Shown: positions 47,426 to 57,618 of the stretch, piece by piece
How positions within the stretch are numbered: position 1 is the first letter of the stretch
How the letters are laid out: the number at the start of each line of letters is the position of its first letter
IMG/VR virus record: IMGVR_UViG_3300022074_000005
Source of the DNA: a virus
Reading direction: 5' to 3' (one strand)
Length of the DNA stretch: 64,000 nt
Notes under the pieces: generated by a model
Database searches by the model: none
What the model was told of the DNA's origin: nothing
The model's input: the letters and a program-made list of their open reading frames with translations, nothing else
Translations under genes and position numbers: made by a program

Positions 47426-48101
47426 TTTCTAATAAAGTCTGTATTACTTCTAAAGGTGTTTTTGCTTTTCTTAATTTAGACTTAACTTCTTTATCTTCAG
47501 ATTTCTGAACCATATCTAATTCAAAAGCTGCAAGTTTACAAACAAACAAATCTTCTTTTTGTTTTTCTTCATCAAAAGGACCAAAGAATAATTTAATTGA
47601 TTGTGTATAAAATTTAGTATCTACTTTCGCACTATTACTTTCTGAATCGTAATACGCTACTGGGTCAATAAGATAACCTTCTTTTTTTCCTAGACGTATA
47701 GCAAATTCTTTGAATGATGCTTCTTCAGCTTTAATTCTTTGATAAGTATTTTCCATGATCTCATCTTTATCAGTTAATTGATATACTTGTTCAACTAACC
47801 AAGCTCTTGATGGGTCTGTCTCTTCAAAATCAAACTCAAGTCTTTCAGAACCACCATCGTCTTCATAGAAGATTCTCATAGTTGTTCTTTCAGAGTTAGT
47901 ATATTCTGCTCTGTTAAAAGTAACAATCTTATGACCTAAGTCAATTTCTTTTTTACTATGATCAGGTTTTGGTTTACCTTCAATAGGTGTTTCGGGTGCT
48001 TTTTGGATTTCTTTTTGAACTTTTACTTTATGACCATTATGATCTATGTAAGTTACACTATCTAGATCGATACGTCTATCTTCATGCATTTTTTTTAGCA
48101 T
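47406..48101 (-). CDS. Hypothetical protein
   Basis: 231-aa charged ORF with GGAG SD. Confidence 0.7.
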   Translation of the reverse strand: MLKKMHEDRRIDLDSVTYIDHNGHKVKVQKEIQKAPETPIEGKPKPDHSKKEIDLGHKIVTFNRAEYTNSERTTMRIFYEDDGGSERLEFDFEETDPSRAWLVEQVYQLTDKDEIMENTYQRIKAEEASFKEFAIRLGKKEGYLIDPVAYYDSESNSAKVDTKFYTQSIKLFFGPFDEEKQKEDLFVCKLAAFELDMVQKSEDKEVKSKLRKAKTPLEVIQTLLEIKSSQA

Positions 48102-48135
48102 TCATTCACTCCTTAATAACAAAAGTTATTATATA

Positions 48136-49101
48136 TTATTCTCTATTTATTTTAAAGTTAAAAGTACTAATTGTTGCTGATGAACCATTAGGGAACTTTT
48201 GTGATCTGTAATCGTCACCACCTACAAATCTGTTTGTCTCAGAACCTGAACCATCTAGTTTAGTATCAACCATAGAGTCACCTCTAGTTTCACCAGAACC
48301 ATTAATGTTGTATCTGATATTATGACCAGAAGCTGAATCATCACTAGCTGCAAGGTCTCTCATAAACTGTTCTAATACATCTGTAATGTCAGCTGCATCA
48401 TCACCTGAAGTTGCGTATTCTTTCAAGTCATTGTTACTATCGATGTACAATAAGTTTTGAGATGGTGTAATTGATGTTGCATCTTGTCTATGTAAGTAAT
48501 AGTTGTTTACTGTAGATGAATGATCTTGAAAACTACCTGATGTTCCAATTTGGTCAGAACTATAAGAACCTGTATCTGCTCTTGTATCTGTAAATACAGC
48601 AGTTGAAGATATTAAAGTAAAACCAGAAACCGATGTACCTGTTTTGATAGCAAATGTTCCACCAAAGTCACCTGTATTTCCCTCAGACGAAGCACACATT
48701 AATACGATTGCTGGTTTAATAAAAGTATCTAGAAAGTCTGTAAGTGACATTGCTTGAATACCACCTGAACCATCATAGTACACAGGAAAAGATTTACCTG
48801 TATCTGAAAGTACAGACGGGTTAGTAACAGCGTTACCCGATATATGGTCAAAGTTTGTAGTGACCGTTGTTAGTGAACCTGAACCAGGGTGAGATGAGTT
48901 TTGTTGAGTAGCTGCACTTGATCTAAATCTAGTGTCTGCCATAGTTGGTGATAAATCACCAGAGTTGGCTGCGACTGAACAAACTACACTTGGGTTGCCT
49001 GCATACATTGAGATAGCTTTTCTTTGCCATTCAAGTAATTGAGCTGAACTCATTTCTATTAAATTACCACTATCGTAATATAACGGGTTTCTTGCTGTCA
49101 T
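48136..49101 (-). CDS. Virion structural protein (tail fibre-associated)
   Basis: S/T/G-rich with three PLYYD/PVYYD/LLYID...L.EM-type repeats. Confidence 0.7.
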   Translation of the reverse strand: MTARNPLYYDSGNLIEMSSAQLLEWQRKAISMYAGNPSVVCSVAANSGDLSPTMADTRFRSSAATQQNSSHPGSGSLTTVTTNFDHISGNAVTNPSVLSDTGKSFPVYYDGSGGIQAMSLTDFLDTFIKPAIVLMCASSEGNTGDFGGTFAIKTGTSVSGFTLISSTAVFTDTRADTGSYSSDQIGTSGSFQDHSSTVNNYYLHRQDATSITPSQNLLYIDSNNDLKEYATSGDDAADITDVLEQFMRDLAASDDSASGHNIRYNINGSGETRGDSMVDTKLDGSGSETNRFVGGDDYRSQKFPNGSSATISTFNFKINRE

Positions 49102-49142
49102 AATTATCCTTTATACTATACTTATATACCTTTTGTCAACTA

Positions 49143-50426
49143 TTATATAGCTGCGTGTCCGTTTACAGTTTTCAAAGTCGAACCAGAAGAGTTTTTAATC
49201 AATAGAATACTATCTGGTGTTGCGTGAAACTTACCAGTTGAACCTACGATTTTTGCTTTTTCTGTAGCCGCTTCTGAATTACCACATCTGAACGAAATCT
49301 TAGTTGCGTTATTAGATGCAGAGAAGTCACCTTCAGAAACACACTCAACAGCACCTGCAACTAAAATTGCATCTGTACCTGTGCCTTCATCGGGAGCTTG
49401 GAACTGTATAGAACCTAATACGTTGTTAGCTGCAACATCTGTATCACCTGTTTGCATTGTAAGAACAGCACCAACACCAGAGTTACCTGTAGTTGAAGTG
49501 TTTTTCATAGTGATACCTGTATCTGCTACGTGAGTTAAAGTTACATCTGAGTCTGCACCAAAAGATAATATAGCTGCGTCAGATATTAATCTTAAATCAT
49601 CACCGATTGATGCGTCTGCAGCTACACCAAGTCCACCACCGACAGTTAATGCACCGTCTGTAGCACTTGTGTTTGCAGTTGTTGCTGTAATTGAAACAAC
49701 ACCACCAGAAGATATTCCGATTGCGTTTGTATCTGAAGCTGATCCGATTGTACCTGCATCAGGTATTACGATTGCACCACTTGAACCGTTAAGTGTTAAA
49801 ACACCAACTGAAGATAATGCCATAGTTTCAGCAGCTGCAGCTGAAGCCGCAGTTTGAAACGATAGTTTTGTTGCGTTGTTAGATGAACTAAAGTCACCTT
49901 CTGAAACAGCAGAGATACCACCTGCAACTAGAATTGCATCTGTACCTGTACCTTCATTTGGTGCTTGGAATTTAATATGTCCTAAAACGTTGCCTGATGC
50001 GATATCTGTATCGCCAGTCTGCATTGTAAGAACAGCACCAACACCAGAGTTACCTGAAGTTGACTCGTTCTTTAAAATCAGACCTGTGTCTGCAACGTGA
50101 GTTAATGTTATGTCTTGATCGTTACCAAATTTGATAACTGAACCATCTGCTAGAAATAAGTCAGAAAATTCTGCTGACGCAGAACCTATTGCTGCTCCAT
50201 CGGCGCTGGATGGCACAATAGAAGTTGTTATTGCTGGAGAGGTTAAAGTTTTGTTTGTTAACGTGGACGTGCTTGCAGCAGTCACCATCGCAAATCCGCC
50301 TGCTGTGCTTCCGTCATGTACTCGAAGAGTATCGACCGTTGTATCATAGGTGATTTCACCTAAAGCGCCAGTAAATGCGTTATTCTGCGTTGTTGTACCA
50401 CGTCTAAATTGAAGTACTGTAGGCAT
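49143..50426 (-). CDS. Tail fibre protein with internal duplication
   Basis: N-terminal LQFRRGT...GEITYDT...RVHDG fibre domain; two ~90-aa repeats. Confidence 0.82.
   Translation of the reverse strand: MPTVLQFRRGTTTQNNAFTGALGEITYDTTVDTLRVHDGSTAGGFAMVTAASTSTLTNKTLTSPAITTSIVPSSADGAAIGSASAEFSDLFLADGSVIKFGNDQDITLTHVADTGLILKNESTSGNSGVGAVLTMQTGDTDIASGNVLGHIKFQAPNEGTGTDAILVAGGISAVSEGDFSSSNNATKLSFQTAASAAAAETMALSSVGVLTLNGSSGAIVIPDAGTIGSASDTNAIGISSGGVVSITATTANTSATDGALTVGGGLGVAADASIGDDLRLISDAAILSFGADSDVTLTHVADTGITMKNTSTTGNSGVGAVLTMQTGDTDVAANNVLGSIQFQAPDEGTGTDAILVAGAVECVSEGDFSASNNATKISFRCGNSEAATEKAKIVGSTGKFHATPDSILLIKNSSGSTLKTVNGHAAI
49291..50130 (-). repeat. Intragenic ~270-bp duplication at 567-bp offset
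   Basis: Copies at ~49291-49563 and ~49858-50130; 37 bp identical at 49453-49489 and 50020-50056. Confidence 0.85.
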
Positions 50427-50461
50427 TTGAATAAAGCTCCTTTATATTCTTTTATTTTTTA

Positions 50462-50469
50462 TATTTATA
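50462..50469 (-). promoter_or_regulatory. T4-type late promoter TATAAATA (fibre gene)
   Basis: Exact consensus in the intergenic gap. Confidence 0.7.
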
Positions 50470-50485
50470 TTTAGTATTTATCATT

Positions 50486-51019
50486 TTATATACCACTAGC
50501 TTGTCCTAAATCTTGGGTATTTACTATCCCTTTAGGCTCATTCATATCATATAAGTTGGAAGATAACGAAAATCCAAAAGAATCTTGAATAGAAGTATCA
50601 AATGGAGTTTCACCCCCTGCCAAATCTGCGTTTCCGTCAGCAGTGGGTAATTGTGTCAATGTTGAATTAGAAAACCCTAGATCGGCAGTATATGCAACGG
50701 TACCATCTGCATTTTTGAAAGTAATTGTTCTATCTGCTGTGGGTTCTGTAAAAACAACTGTTGTTTCAAAGGCATCAACATTCTGGCCTTCTACTACAAA
50801 TCTGTCATTTTCTAATTTAAATGTTGTAGGAGTAATAGAGTCAAGAGAAAAAGTACCCGTAACTGTCAAGTCACCTACTGATATAGAAGTGGCTGCGACA
50901 TTCGTTAAGTTCAAAGTACCTGCTTCAATCGCAGTTACATCGGTAACTAACTCATTGAACTGAACTCTTAATTGTTCAATCGTACTATTGTTATCTATTT
51001 CTATCGCTCTAATTGCCAT
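50486..51019 (-). CDS. Short fibre-like structural protein
   Basis: TIEQLRVQFN, EG...DAFET...PTADRTITF fibre motif. Confidence 0.75.
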   Translation of the reverse strand: MAIRAIEIDNNSTIEQLRVQFNELVTDVTAIEAGTLNLTNVAATSISVGDLTVTGTFSLDSITPTTFKLENDRFVVEGQNVDAFETTVVFTEPTADRTITFKNADGTVAYTADLGFSNSTLTQLPTADGNADLAGGETPFDTSIQDSFGFSLSSNLYDMNEPKGIVNTQDLGQASGI

Positions 51020-51245
51020 TTTTTTCTAACACCTTTTTTAACATATCTTTTATTTCGTGCATTTCACATTTTAAATTATTTATCTCTCTAGTCGCATGTC
51101 TTATTTCATCTCTTTGTTGAGATGCAGCTTTTGCTCTAGCAACTGCTTTTACATATGCAACTTTATTAGTATTAATAATTGCACTTGAGTTTCTATCTCT
51201 TACTAATTCAGAGTATCCCTCAACTTTTAAATATCTTTCGCTCAT
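51009..51245 (-). CDS. Conserved small coiled-coil protein
   Basis: KVEG...LVRD...AIIN and C-terminal heptads; typical neighbour of the large virion protein. Confidence 0.75.
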   Translation of the reverse strand: MSERYLKVEGYSELVRDRNSSAIINTNKVAYVKAVARAKAASQQRDEIRHATREINNLKCEMHEIKDMLKKVLEKNGN

Positions 51246-54200
51246 TATGTTGCCAATGCTATTGCTCTGAAATCTTTAATTCTAATTGGTTCAGCAGCAT
51301 TAGTTCCTTGTCCTACTATTTTGATTGCAAATTGTATAAACTCTGGTAAAGGTGTTCCTATACCATCATCTGTCACACCAGAAGTAAACACGTATTCTTG
51401 GAAGTCATCATCTTCAAGTGATGAACCTACCTCTGTATCTGTTGTACCAGTTGTGTTAAAGAAAGTATAACCTAGTTCATCGAAATCAGAAGCATCATCT
51501 GATCTTAAAACTTTAAATAAACATTTGATCGTAGCACTATTATGTTTGTGTGCTGAGAAAAATACTTTTAAAGCTGTTGCTGGTGATTCCAAAGCAACTT
51601 TTTTAGTAATGTATATAAATGCATTTTGGTCACCATCTGGTGCTTCGTTTGTTACATAATCAGTTGTAGGGAAAACTCCACTAGAATCTGTTATGTTATT
51701 TACTTTGTTTGCAACTAAAACAGCTGACAATCTATCTGTATCAATAACAGGTGATATGTTAGCATTATTAGAACCAAGTGTTAATGGTAAGAAGAATGAT
51801 TTAGCACCAGCAAGTTCATTTGTTTCATTTATTTGAGATGCAACAATATTACATTCTGGTAGTCTTTGGTTTTCATTTAAAGATATTGCTCTAGCATTTG
51901 CTAATGTTCTAGTATTAAATGATGTTTCTGTACCACTTGGTGATCTACCTGTAGTGTTTCTTAATTTACCAGCTACACTTGTTTCTGGTAATTCTAAAGT
52001 AGCAATTGAAGTTTTAAGTAATTCATATCTATAGTTTTCAGAAGCATAAACAGCTACTCCACCTATTTCAGCAGTTGTTGAACCACCACTAATACTTGGT
52101 GCAGTTGTTAAAGTTATTGTGTAATAATCTGTACCAATATTTCCTATTGATGTATGCTCTTTGTTTATCTCTGTTAATGATACACCAAATATTTCATACA
52201 ACTCAACTTTGTCTGAAGCAGTATGTGCTGATGCAGTTGAACCTCCAGCACCTCTTGTTAAAGATGATAAAGTTGTACCAGATAATGAACCTGTAATAAT
52301 TTCGTTTCCTATTTTAACAGTTATGTTTCCACTACCAAAACCTGAGTTACTTGCAAGTGTAAGTGAAGTCGCACTATCATTAATTGTAGCAGATAGTGTT
52401 GTCTCTATACCAGAAGACACACCAGTAACTACAACATTGTTAGATGTTTGATACATACCATGATCTTCATGTTTAATCTTTAATGTTGTAGAACCATTAG
52501 TCATGATTAAAGGATTTGATTTTAATCTGTTTACATATACAGTATTTCCAATTTCATTTGTTATCGCTTGACCAATAGGATTATTTTCAAGTGTAACAGC
52601 ACCTGCAGCTGTAGTATTGAATACAGCTTTTCTTAAAGTAAATTTAATATCTTCACTTTGAGATGCTGCCCATGTTCTATTGTTTTGTGATTTAAACAAT
52701 ACACCAAGATGTGGTTGTTTAGAAACAATTCTTAATCCACCAATATCTGTTTCACCCATTCTAGAAATCCATATTTTAGGTTCTAAAGAGTCTGAACGAA
52801 CAACAAAACAATATTCTTGACCGTTCTTTAAATATACAGGTGCATCAAATGTAAATGTTGTTGCTGTTGCAGCTGTTGTTGATGTATTAATTTCAGAAGC
52901 TTGTAATAGTTTTCTACCAAATGGTAATATTTTTGGACCAGGATAACCATTGTCAACATTTCTAATTTCAACCCAACAAGGTAAATCGTTATCTTTAGTT
53001 TGGAAGTATAAATCTAATTCTGTTATAAATGCTCCACCCTCTTCTTCAACCAAGAAAGTTTGAGCTAATGGGTCTGGTCCAGGTGGGTCACCTCTACCTT
53101 GATCAATTTCTTGAACGTTTATAACTCTTGAACTTGTACTTAATCTACTTGTTGTTTCTGTTACACTTTTTTGTACTACTCTAGCATTTCTAGTAGCGAT
53201 AATAGTTTCTTGCTCTGTTTCTAAAATACCTTTTGCAATGTAAGTTGTATTGGCTGCAGTTACAGGTACAGGTGTTTTAATATTTGTAGAACTAGAAGTA
53301 ATTCTAAATTCTACTTCACCTGTTTTAAATTTAGGAACAGCAGTTTGACCTGCAAATCTATATTCAGGTATTCTCATAGTTCCCTCAACATTACCGTTAC
53401 CATCAGTTACTAATTGGACACCCTCTGCTACTGTAGAAACATTTGTGTAACTTTGTGATTGAGGTGTGATATAAGCTGCCATTGCAGTTCCGTCAAAGAA
53501 AACATAAACTTTAGTGTTAGGTAAAAATGCTTGTCCTTTGAATGTTACGTTTCTAGGTCTAACCCAAGGTATCAATGCTCTTGATATAACTCTTGTTCCT
53601 TGAGACTCTTCATCTATTTGTTCTACAACTTGAGTGTTAATACCTGATCTTTTTAAATTTGATCTTACTGTTTGAATTGCTCTAGTTATAACTTGATTAC
53701 CTTGTTGTGAAGTTTGTACTCTTGATGCAATAGTACCAGACCATTGTGTTTCCCATGAGTTCCACACCGTACCTAATCTGTTTGAGTTTGCAGCTCTAAC
53801 AGCATCAAAGTTTCCGTCAACGTTAATAATTAAATCTGGTGCTGTTTCTGTTTCAAACCAATCATCACTTTGTGGGTCAAGATCAATGTTTCCTACCCAT
53901 TGTGCTGTAATAACGGGTTGTACCTTTTCTACTCTTGATGCATATGGGTTTTCAGATAATGTATCACTTGAATAAGGAAGTGTAATTAATGGACCAGTTT
54001 TTTGATAACCTAATGCTGTTCTATTTGCATCTGTAGATACAGACTCAGTTAGTGTTGCATTTCTTAATATACACTTAGGTCTTAATTCTTTATTTTCCAT
54101 ATCCATTGCATTAGAGTAATCTTTATTTTTAACATCACCTACTCTATGACCTGCAAAGTTATCGACTACAAAACCTGATTTAAATCTGTTTAAACCATTT

Positions 54201-57200
54201 GCGTCTGTTACTTCAAAAGACTCTGCATCCCTTTCAAGTAATGACAAGTTAGTGTAGTACTCTAAGTTTTGAATTCTTTTTTGTAGTTTACCAATATCTC
54301 TCATAGTAAACCTTTGAGTTTTAAATCTTTCGATTTCAACATCTGTAGGTCTAAATGTATAAGCAGGTATGAATAGTTTAGCTAGTTTCATAGCATTTTC
54401 TAATTCTTTAGGTTCAGTTGGAACTTCAGCTGAAGAACCTGTAATAACTTTAAAATCACCTTCTTGAGTTAAGAAAACTAAAGCTAATCTTGATAGATAA
54501 AATTCTAAATCTGCTGTTCCTAGAGTGTTTGGTTTTGGTGTATCTACTGTTGATGCACCTGTGCCATCAAATTGTCTATGAAAGAAATCAAACGAATTGC
54601 CTGTAATTGTATCTACAGAACCAATAGAATCTGTTGCACCAGTAACGTTTTCACACGTTGGTCTAAAATCAACGACATCTGTTAATGGAAACTCACCAGT
54701 CGGTTCTGGTTCATCTGGGTCAACTCTTGTTGCTGTATATGTTGGAATATTACCATATCCCATTTGACCAGCGACATCTGAATATGAATCTACTGTAAAG
54801 AAAGAACCTGAAGAATGACTGAAGAAATCAAATACTACTGCTAGTCTTCCTCTAGGTTTTGATGCACCAGCTTTTAATTGTATTCTAGAAATATCATAAA
54901 GGTTATCTCTTTGACCTGTGTCTAGTAAATAATTTGAAGTAATAATTTTAGAACCAGCTGTTACACTTGAAACTATAGCAGTTGCACCAGAGGACGCACC
55001 TGTAATTGTTTCACTTGCCTCAAAGTTTGCAGCTCCCACACCATCTTGTAAATAATATGTAATTGGTGATGTTGGATTAATAACTCTTGCTACTGCACCA
55101 GAAGTTCCACCAGTAATTTTTTCTCCTCTAACAAAAGTACCATTGACTGTTGTTAAAGCAATTGTTGGTAATGATGCATCTGAACTTGTATCCTCAGAGT
55201 CAAACACAGCACCTAAAGTAAAAGCATCTGCTCGTCCTAGTGATATTGTATCATCTGTTGCTCTTGTTCCAAACGCACCTGTTGTTGCGCCAGCAACTTT
55301 AACAACTTTAGATAAGTTAGTTGTTTTTAATCTAGCAGAGATAGATGTTTTTAATAGTGTTGCAGTTAATTTAACTTTAGCACCATTTCCAAAACTTGTA
55401 TTATCTGATATTGTAATTGTAGCTGTACCTGTGCCAGAGATTGTTGACTCAACATCTACAATATCTCCTTGAGATGCACTTCCACCAGAACCTGCTGTTA
55501 AAACCGATAATGTATAATCGATATCTGTATAAGATAAAAATGTTTCATTTGCACCAGCAGTAAATGATACAGCACCAGAAGAGTTTGTTGTTGCTATAAA
55601 TTGTCTTCTAATTGTCATCTGCGTATCAGACGAACCATTGTTATCCTCTGTCAATAATGTTTTAATTGTAGGTTTAGGTAATCTATATAATGCAATATTT
55701 TTTTCTGCTTGATTTAATTTACCAATCTTTTCAGATTCTAATGCAACTGTTGTTGAGTTATCTTCTTCAAGAACTATGTTATCATTTGCATCTGTAGATG
55801 AAGCATCCGTACCATCTAAAACTATTTGACCATCAACACCTGTTGTTGTTGATTCTAATACAGTATCAGCAGTAAAGTCTTGACCACTGTCTGGGTCATC
55901 CATAAAGAAACTTCTTGTTTCTGAAAATATGTGTGTAACAATATTTGATATTGTTAAATCTGCGTTAGATGAATTTTCTACAATCTGATCTGTTTCTGCA
56001 CTATCAGATACTATAAGTTTTTCACCTGTAGTAAAAGTACCAGAAACATTTGTAAGTACAACTTGAGTACCACTCGTTAGTGTACCAAAAACAAAACCTG
56101 TTGCATTTGACGAAGCACCTTTAACTCTAACTCCACCATTACTATGATTAGCAGTTAATGCTGAACTTGGGTTATCGTTTAATGTTAAGTATGTAAATGG
56201 TCTTATATCAAAAAGATATAATCTGAATACTGCATCTGTATTTCCCATAGTACCAGACTCGTATTGTATTGTTCTTGCTCTTGCGACCCCTATTTGCGTA
56301 CCTGAAGCTGTTCCTCTTGTTGACGTAACATCATCAAATAGTTGAATTGTTTTGTATGCAGTTGTCTCACCAGAGATATCTGTTACATCTGGTTGACCAT
56401 ATACATTTGTTATCTTAACAAAGTTTCCTAATTCTGCGTTTATTGAACCTGCGTTTACTGTATCAAATTGTCTTGACTTTTCTACATCTTTAAAAGTGAT
56501 AGTTGGTTTTTCTAATTCATATCCTTTTACATATGCCTTACCTGGTGATATAGCTAATATAAATTTACCTTCATCTGCTGTTCCACCATCGCTAGTAGTA
56601 TCACCAGAAGCATAAACACCTCTGAAACTTTGACCTTGATATCTGTTATCAAGCATTTCTCTAGCATCTAATTGAAAAGGTCTTACTGTATAGTCACCTG
56701 ACTCGTCAAACGTTCTTCTTGCAAGTGTATCACCTAATACTGAATATTCAGTTGGTCTTGCATCACTTTGAATTTCACCATTTTTTACTCTAGCAATTTC
56801 AACAAACTCATTGTCAGCTGTAGATGTTAAATCTAAAGATGTTAAAGTTAAACTCATTTTTAATCTATGAGCACCTTTAGCTGCAAAGTTTGAAGCACCA
56901 GTTGCGTTATCTGTTAAAGATTCATCAACTTCTGGTGTAACTAATTCTTCGTTTAAACTTATACCTATTCTAGCTGATGCAGTTTGTGAATCATCTGATA
57001 ATACAAGTGTTTGATCTGATAGTTGTACGAATGTTCCTCTTATATAATAAACACCACCTGTTGTACTAACAGCTGTTCCTAATTGTGAAGCGCTTGTGTG
57101 AGTTGTTGCTGAATTAGTGTTTATTGCATAAGTTGTAGTGTGTGTAATAGATGTATCAGCGTAAATGTTTTCAGAGTTTTGAAATATAGTTGTCTCTAAA

Positions 57201-57610
57201 TCTGAACCTGATGAAATATATCTTACGTATAATAAAGGTTGTGTTGTCGAAGTTGCAGCTTTAAATCCTATGACTTTTGCTTTTACACCAGATGTTGCAC
57301 CTACGATTGTAACAGGTGAGTCTTCGCTATAATATTGTGATGGGTCAACTGTCTCTCCAGCGAAAGCTGAAGCAAGTTGTACTGAATAGTATTGTGTATT
57401 TACAGAAATACCACCAGGTATAACTACACTACCTTCTTGAAAAACATGAGAACCAAATCTTTCAATTTGATTTTGTAGTATTGATTGTAGCTGTGTTAAC
57501 TCTCTAGCCTGTACTGCGTAACCAGGTCTAAAAAGTATTCTATGAAAATTTTTGTTTTCTGCAAAATCATCATAATATGGTGCTACGTTTAGGTCAGTTT
57601 TTTGTGCCAT
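51245..57610 (-). CDS. Very large virion structural protein (DUF4815 / VrlC-like)
   Basis: LNVAPYYDDF, QARELTQLQ, RRTFDESG, LEYYTNLSLLE, RFKSGFVVDNF, DPLAQTF; 2121 aa. Confidence 0.88.
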   Translation of the reverse strand: MAQKTDLNVAPYYDDFAENKNFHRILFRPGYAVQARELTQLQSILQNQIERFGSHVFQEGSVVIPGGISVNTQYYSVQLASAFAGETVDPSQYYSEDSPVTIVGATSGVKAKVIGFKAATSTTQPLLYVRYISSGSDLETTIFQNSENIYADTSITHTTTYAINTNSATTHTSASQLGTAVSTTGGVYYIRGTFVQLSDQTLVLSDDSQTASARIGISLNEELVTPEVDESLTDNATGASNFAAKGAHRLKMSLTLTSLDLTSTADNEFVEIARVKNGEIQSDARPTEYSVLGDTLARRTFDESGDYTVRPFQLDAREMLDNRYQGQSFRGVYASGDTTSDGGTADEGKFILAISPGKAYVKGYELEKPTITFKDVEKSRQFDTVNAGSINAELGNFVKITNVYGQPDVTDISGETTAYKTIQLFDDVTSTRGTASGTQIGVARARTIQYESGTMGNTDAVFRLYLFDIRPFTYLTLNDNPSSALTANHSNGGVRVKGASSNATGFVFGTLTSGTQVVLTNVSGTFTTGEKLIVSDSAETDQIVENSSNADLTISNIVTHIFSETRSFFMDDPDSGQDFTADTVLESTTTGVDGQIVLDGTDASSTDANDNIVLEEDNSTTVALESEKIGKLNQAEKNIALYRLPKPTIKTLLTEDNNGSSDTQMTIRRQFIATTNSSGAVSFTAGANETFLSYTDIDYTLSVLTAGSGGSASQGDIVDVESTISGTGTATITISDNTSFGNGAKVKLTATLLKTSISARLKTTNLSKVVKVAGATTGAFGTRATDDTISLGRADAFTLGAVFDSEDTSSDASLPTIALTTVNGTFVRGEKITGGTSGAVARVINPTSPITYYLQDGVGAANFEASETITGASSGATAIVSSVTAGSKIITSNYLLDTGQRDNLYDISRIQLKAGASKPRGRLAVVFDFFSHSSGSFFTVDSYSDVAGQMGYGNIPTYTATRVDPDEPEPTGEFPLTDVVDFRPTCENVTGATDSIGSVDTITGNSFDFFHRQFDGTGASTVDTPKPNTLGTADLEFYLSRLALVFLTQEGDFKVITGSSAEVPTEPKELENAMKLAKLFIPAYTFRPTDVEIERFKTQRFTMRDIGKLQKRIQNLEYYTNLSLLERDAESFEVTDANGLNRFKSGFVVDNFAGHRVGDVKNKDYSNAMDMENKELRPKCILRNATLTESVSTDANRTALGYQKTGPLITLPYSSDTLSENPYASRVEKVQPVITAQWVGNIDLDPQSDDWFETETAPDLIINVDGNFDAVRAANSNRLGTVWNSWETQWSGTIASRVQTSQQGNQVITRAIQTVRSNLKRSGINTQVVEQIDEESQGTRVISRALIPWVRPRNVTFKGQAFLPNTKVYVFFDGTAMAAYITPQSQSYTNVSTVAEGVQLVTDGNGNVEGTMRIPEYRFAGQTAVPKFKTGEVEFRITSSSTNIKTPVPVTAANTTYIAKGILETEQETIIATRNARVVQKSVTETTSRLSTSSRVINVQEIDQGRGDPPGPDPLAQTFLVEEEGGAFITELDLYFQTKDNDLPCWVEIRNVDNGYPGPKILPFGRKLLQASEINTSTTAATATTFTFDAPVYLKNGQEYCFVVRSDSLEPKIWISRMGETDIGGLRIVSKQPHLGVLFKSQNNRTWAASQSEDIKFTLRKAVFNTTAAGAVTLENNPIGQAITNEIGNTVYVNRLKSNPLIMTNGSTTLKIKHEDHGMYQTSNNVVVTGVSSGIETTLSATINDSATSLTLASNSGFGSGNITVKIGNEIITGSLSGTTLSSLTRGAGGSTASAHTASDKVELYEIFGVSLTEINKEHTSIGNIGTDYYTITLTTAPSISGGSTTAEIGGVAVYASENYRYELLKTSIATLELPETSVAGKLRNTTGRSPSGTETSFNTRTLANARAISLNENQRLPECNIVASQINETNELAGAKSFFLPLTLGSNNANISPVIDTDRLSAVLVANKVNNITDSSGVFPTTDYVTNEAPDGDQNAFIYITKKVALESPATALKVFFSAHKHNSATIKCLFKVLRSDDASDFDELGYTFFNTTGTTDTEVGSSLEDDDFQEYVFTSGVTDDGIGTPLPEFIQFAIKIVGQGTNAAEPIRIKDFRAIALAT

Positions 57611-57618
57611 ATTATTCC

